Assembly: GCA_963650795.1 (NCBI GenBank) | Contig: CAVJMX010000002.1 | Coordinates: 7,150 to 71,149, forward strand | Direction: 5' to 3' | Source: Bacteroidales bacterium H4 | GTDB taxonomy: Bacteria > Bacillota > Clostridia > Lachnospirales > Lachnospiraceae | Length of the DNA stretch: 64,000 nucleotides | Position numbers and translations under genes: made by a program | Shown: one piece after another, positions 59,745-64,000 of the stretch | Position numbering within the stretch: position 1 is the stretch's first letter | Layout of the letters: each line of letters opens with the position of its first letter | Notes under the pieces: model-generated | Seen by the model: the letters and a program-made list of their open reading frames with translations, nothing else | Databases searched by the model: none | Told to the model about the DNA's origin: nothing

Positions 59745-60914
59745 TTATTGTACCACAGCTTTATCCACATCGATCACCGTATAGAAGTCCGGATGGTTCA
59801 TCTGGATCCGTTCAGTAATAGAATCAGTGACTTGTTTATCGGAGACAGGATAATCATAAGGAACTACCACATCGAAAATGAGATTTGTGTGGGTCGGTCC
59901 CTTGACCACGCGGAAATCATGCATACTTAAGCGTGGATCGATCTGGTCGAGGTAACCGCTTACTTCCGCCTTCAGGGACAGTGTCTCCGGATCGTTGGTG
60001 CTGACGGGATCCATGTGAATCACCGCGTTGCAGTTTAACTTCTGACGCAATTCGTGTTCGATGGTATCGATGGTATCATGCAGGGTCAGAATATTACCGT
60101 CGGCGGGAACCTCCGCATGCAGAGAGATCAGTGTTCTGCCGGGACCGTAGTTGTGTACGATGAGATCGTGGATCCCGGTGACATCATCATAAGAGAGGAC
60201 GATGTCGTTAATCTGCTGTACCAGTTCCGGTTCGGGAGGCTGCCCAAGCAACGGGCTGATGGTATCCTTCGCAGCCACGAAGCCGGAGTAGAGGATGAAC
60301 ATACCTACCAGCACACCGCAGTAGCCGTCGATAATGATACCGGAGGTGGCGGAGACAATGGTGCCGATGAGGACCACTGTGGTCGCCACCACATCGCTTA
60401 AGCTGTCAATGGCGGTAGCTTTCATCGCCACGGAGCTGATCCGGGAACCGATGCGGCGGTTATAGAATGCCATGTAGCATTTTACCAGGATGGAGAATAC
60501 CAGGATCCCCAGGATGACCGGGGAGAAATCCGGTGCCTCCGGATGGAAGATCTTGGTGATGGAGCTTTTCACCAGTTCAAAGCCCATGAGCACGATCAGA
60601 ATGGAGACTAACAGTCCGGAGATATATTCGATCCGTCCGTGTCCGAAGGGATGATCAGAGTCCGGTTTCTGTCCCGCCATCTTGAAGCCTGCCAGGGTGA
60701 TGATGGAGGATGCCGCATCCGACAGGTTGTTCACCGCATCTGCCGTGATGGCAATGGAATGACTGAAATAACCTGCCAGAGCCTTGGTAGTGAACAGGAT
60801 CAGATTGAAAAAAATCCCGACGATGCCGCAGAGCATTCCATATGCCTGGCGGACACCGGAATCCGTAACATTTTCGTGATCCTTAATGAATAATTTCGTA
60901 AGTAATGTAACCAT
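59745..60914 (-). CDS. Cation diffusion facilitator family transporter
   Basis: ADAVNNLSD, HPFGHGRIEY, DSLSD, IHDLIVHNYGP; duplicated C-terminal domain. Confidence 0.93.
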   Translation of the reverse strand: MVTLLTKLFIKDHENVTDSGVRQAYGMLCGIVGIFFNLILFTTKALAGYFSHSIAITADAVNNLSDAASSIITLAGFKMAGQKPDSDHPFGHGRIEYISGLLVSILIVLMGFELVKSSITKIFHPEAPDFSPVILGILVFSILVKCYMAFYNRRIGSRISSVAMKATAIDSLSDVVATTVVLIGTIVSATSGIIIDGYCGVLVGMFILYSGFVAAKDTISPLLGQPPEPELVQQINDIVLSYDDVTGIHDLIVHNYGPGRTLISLHAEVPADGNILTLHDTIDTIEHELRQKLNCNAVIHMDPVSTNDPETLSLKAEVSGYLDQIDPRLSMHDFRVVKGPTHTNLIFDVVVPYDYPVSDKQVTDSITERIQMNHPDFYTVIDVDKAVVQ

Positions 60915-61003
60915 AAGAGAACCCCTTTTCCCAAATAAGAGTTTAAACATAATTGTAACGCAACTTAAGGGAAAATACAAGTACGCGAAATCTGCGGTTG
61001 CTA

Positions 61004-61032
61004 TTGCGCATCCCGCGTTTTCAGTGTATAAT
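61004..61032 (+). promoter_or_regulatory. Putative sigma-A promoter of gpmI
   Basis: TTGCGC-N17-TATAAT. Confidence 0.6.
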
Positions 61033-61139
61033 CTCCGTGGACGTAGTGTAAGCTTTCAGAACGGATCCGGCGTAGAACACCTGTTTTGGAGCCGTACTGG
61101 TAATTTATAATGAGCAAAAGTAAAATGGAGGAACGATCG

Positions 61140-62681
61140 ATGAGAAAGAAACCGGTTGTATTAATGATCCTGGATGGTTATGGATTGAATGATAAGGTAG
61201 AGGGCAATGCCGTAGCAATGGCAAATACCCCTGTCATGGATTCCCTGATGAAGGAGTATCCTTATGTACGCGGCAATGCCAGCGGTATGGCAGTAGGACT
61301 TCCCGAGGGACAGATGGGTAACTCAGAGGTAGGTCATATGAACATGGGTGCCGGACGCATCGTATATCAGGAGCTGACCCGTATCACCAAGGAGATCCAG
61401 GACGGAGACTTCTTTAAAAATGAAGCCTTGTTAAAGGCAATTGATAATTGTAAGAAGAACAACAGCGCCTTGCATCTGATGGGACTGTTATCCGACGGTG
61501 GCGTACACAGCCACATCACCCATTTGTACGGACTGTTAGAGCTGGCAAAGCAGCAGGGACTGGAAAAAGTATATGTTCACTGCTTCTTAGACGGACGTGA
61601 CACCCCTCCTGCCAGCGGTAAGAGCTATGCAGAGCAGTTAAATGAAGAGATGACGAAAATCGGCGTAGGTAAGATCGCTTCCGTTATGGGACGTTACTAT
61701 GCTATGGACCGTGATAATAACTATGACCGTGTACAGCTGGCTTATGATGCCATGACCGAGGGCAAGGGTCTGACCGCTGCCTGCGGCATCTGCGGTATTC
61801 AGGAGTCCTACGACAGAGATGAGACCGATGAGTTCGTGAAGCCTACCGTAGTCGTAGAGGACGGCAAGGCAGTCGGTCTGGTACAGGACAAGGATTCTGT
61901 GATCTTCTTCAACTTCCGTCCCGATCGTGCTAGAGAGATCACCAGAGCATTCTGTGATGATGATTTCAAAGGGTTTGACCGTGTGAGAAAGGATATTACC
62001 TTCGTATGCTTCTCCGATTACGATCCTACCATCCCTAATAAAGAAGTAGCATTCCACAAGATCGCTATCACCAATACCTTTGGTGAGTGGTTGGCAGCAC
62101 ATGGCATGAAGCAGGCTCGTATCGCTGAGACCGAGAAGTATGCACATGTTACCTTCTTCTTCAACGGCGGTGTAGAGCAGCCCAACGAGGGAGAGGACCG
62201 TATCCTGGTAAATTCCCCCAAGGATGTAGCTACCTACGATCTGAAGCCCGAGATGAGTGCTCCCGCAGTATGTGAGAAATTATTAGATGCGATCCGCTCC
62301 GAAAAATACGATGTGATCGTGATCAACTTCGCAAACCCCGATATGGTAGGTCATACCGGTGTGATCTCCGCGGCTGTTAAAGCTATTGAGACCGTAGACG
62401 AGTGCGTAGGCAAGGCAGTACAGGCAGTCAAGGATGTAGACGGCGTTCTGTTCATCTGTGCAGACCACGGTAACGCAGAGCAGATGATCGATTACACCAC
62501 CGGTCAGCCTCATACCGCACACACCACCAATCCGGTTCCTTTCATCCTGGTAAACTACGATCCTGCATATACTCTGAAAGAGGGCGGATGCCTGGCAGAT
62601 ATTGTACCTACCCTGATCAATGTGATGGGTATGGAGCAGCCCGCAGAAATGACCGGCAAGTCTCTGTTAATTAAGAAATAG
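61140..62681 (+). CDS. gpmI: 2,3-bisphosphoglycerate-independent phosphoglycerate mutase
   Basis: ILDGYG, QMGNSEVGH, AETEKYAHVT, ADHGN. Confidence 0.98.
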   Translation: MRKKPVVLMILDGYGLNDKVEGNAVAMANTPVMDSLMKEYPYVRGNASGMAVGLPEGQMGNSEVGHMNMGAGRIVYQELTRITKEIQDGDFFKNEALLKAIDNCKKNNSALHLMGLLSDGGVHSHITHLYGLLELAKQQGLEKVYVHCFLDGRDTPPASGKSYAEQLNEEMTKIGVGKIASVMGRYYAMDRDNNYDRVQLAYDAMTEGKGLTAACGICGIQESYDRDETDEFVKPTVVVEDGKAVGLVQDKDSVIFFNFRPDRAREITRAFCDDDFKGFDRVRKDITFVCFSDYDPTIPNKEVAFHKIAITNTFGEWLAAHGMKQARIAETEKYAHVTFFFNGGVEQPNEGEDRILVNSPKDVATYDLKPEMSAPAVCEKLLDAIRSEKYDVIVINFANPDMVGHTGVISAAVKAIETVDECVGKAVQAVKDVDGVLFICADHGNAEQMIDYTTGQPHTAHTTNPVPFILVNYDPAYTLKEGGCLADIVPTLINVMGMEQPAEMTGKSLLIKK

Positions 62682-62714
62682 TAACTGTATCATATTACTA
62701 TGACAAGAAATGAT

Positions 62715-62748
62715 TCCTCAGGCACTTTGCACGGTGCCTGAGGATTTT
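62715..62748 (+). terminator. Intrinsic terminator after gpmI
   Basis: TCCTCAGGCAC / GTGCCTGAGGA followed by TTTT. Confidence 0.8.
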
Positions 62749-62802
62749 GTGACTGATTTTTACATGATATCTTCTTATCAGCAGGAGGAAGAGTTATATT
62801 AT

Positions 62803-63837
62803 ATGGAACAGAAGAGAAATCTGGTAACTTTAGGAAGTACGGGAATTACTGTGGAGAAGAACTCCTTCGGCGCGCTGCCGATTCAGAGAATTACCAAAGA
62901 AGCCGCCATCGGTCTGCTGCGTAAGGCATACGCAGCAGGCGTGACCTTCTACGACACTGCCAGATATTATACTGACAGTGAGGAGAAGGTGGGCGCCGCC
63001 TTCGAGGGTATGCGGGAGAAGATATACATTGCCACGAAGACAGGAGCCACCACAGCGGAAGGCTTCTGGAAGGATCTGCACACCTCTCTGGAGAAGCTGA
63101 AGACCGATTATATCGACATTTATCAGTTCCACAACCCGGCATTCTGTCCGAAGCCGGGAGACGGTACGGGACTGTATGAAGCCATGCTGGAAGCGAAGGC
63201 AAAAGGCATGATCCGTCACATCGGTATCACGAACCATCGTCTCAATGTGGCACACGAAGCGATTGAAAGCGGACTGTATGAGACCCTGCAGTTCCCTTTC
63301 TGTTATCTGGCGACGGACAAGGATCTGGAGCTGGTACAGGAATGTAAAAAGGCAGGCATGGGATTCATCGCCATGAAGGCACTGTCTGGCGGACTGATCA
63401 ATAATTCCGCGGCAGCTTATGCTTACCTGGCACAGTTTGACAATGTGCTTCCCATCTGGGGGGTACAGCGGGAGAGTGAACTGGATGAGTTTTTATCCTA
63501 TATCGACAATCCGCCCACACTTACCCCCGAACTTCAGGCGTTAATCGACCATGACAGGGAAGAACTGCAGGGAGAATTCTGCAGAGGCTGCGGTTATTGC
63601 ATGCCCTGCCCCGCAGGCATCGAGATCAACAACTGCGCCCGCATGAGCCTGATGATCCGGAGAGCTCCTTCCGCTGCACAGCTGACGGAAGAGATGCAGG
63701 CGAAAATGCACAAGATCGAAGATTGTCTGCATTGCGGCAGATGCAGATCCAAGTGCCCGTATGGACTGGATACACCGACACTTTTGGAAAAAAACTACAA
63801 GGATTACTGTGAGATCCTTGCCGGAAAAGCATATTAA
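62803..63837 (+). CDS. Aldo/keto reductase with C-terminal 4Fe-4S dicluster
   Basis: YDTARYY, IATK, YQFHN; CRGCGYCMPCP and CLHCGRCRSKCP. Confidence 0.9.
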   Translation: MEQKRNLVTLGSTGITVEKNSFGALPIQRITKEAAIGLLRKAYAAGVTFYDTARYYTDSEEKVGAAFEGMREKIYIATKTGATTAEGFWKDLHTSLEKLKTDYIDIYQFHNPAFCPKPGDGTGLYEAMLEAKAKGMIRHIGITNHRLNVAHEAIESGLYETLQFPFCYLATDKDLELVQECKKAGMGFIAMKALSGGLINNSAAAYAYLAQFDNVLPIWGVQRESELDEFLSYIDNPPTLTPELQALIDHDREELQGEFCRGCGYCMPCPAGIEINNCARMSLMIRRAPSAAQLTEEMQAKMHKIEDCLHCGRCRSKCPYGLDTPTLLEKNYKDYCEILAGKAY

Positions 63838-63924
63838 CGTTTCAAAGATCTGAATAATTACCTCCTGATAGGAAATACTTACCTAAGAAAAAGCAAGTCA
63901 AGTATACCTATAAGGAGGTTTTTT

Positions 63925-64000
63925 ATGGAAAAATATCTGGAGATCATCGAAGTACACGGAAGGGAAATCCTGGATTCGAGAGGGAATCCCACGGTAGCGG
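63925..64000 (+). CDS. eno: Enolase, 5' end (truncated by window edge)
   Basis: SD AAGGAGG; MEKYLEIIEVHGREILDSRGNPTV. Confidence 0.92.
   Translation, partial: MEKYLEIIEVHGREILDSRGNPTVA

Overview
Chromosomal window from a motile Firmicute, most likely Lachnospiraceae (inferred from gene content and order). 1-31.4 kb is the distal part of the fla/che operon (fliG 3' end to fliA, FapA/DUF342 and three accessory genes). Next come rpsB-tsf and a ~612-bp structured MITE-like element with inverted ends, a 4-bp flanking duplication and two ~52-bp hairpin arrays. After that: aroC, a D,D-carboxypeptidase, tgt-yajC, leuB-ilvD-ilvB with an L,D-transpeptidase, and serC-serA. A six-gene ATPase-less cluster combines two ~800-aa solute-binding lipoproteins and CUT1 permeases with a MacA-like adaptor and a MacB-like protein. 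The window ends with an M48-like peptidase, thiN, leuCD, a CDF transporter, gpmI, an aldo/keto reductase and the eno 5' end. No rRNA, tRNA, CRISPR array, transposase or phage gene was seen. The most notable items are the element between tsf and aroC, the hybrid importer/exporter cluster, a Na+-type stator with Met33, and a Prp-like cleavage motif on FlhB. All calls come from reading the sequence by eye; no database searches were run.
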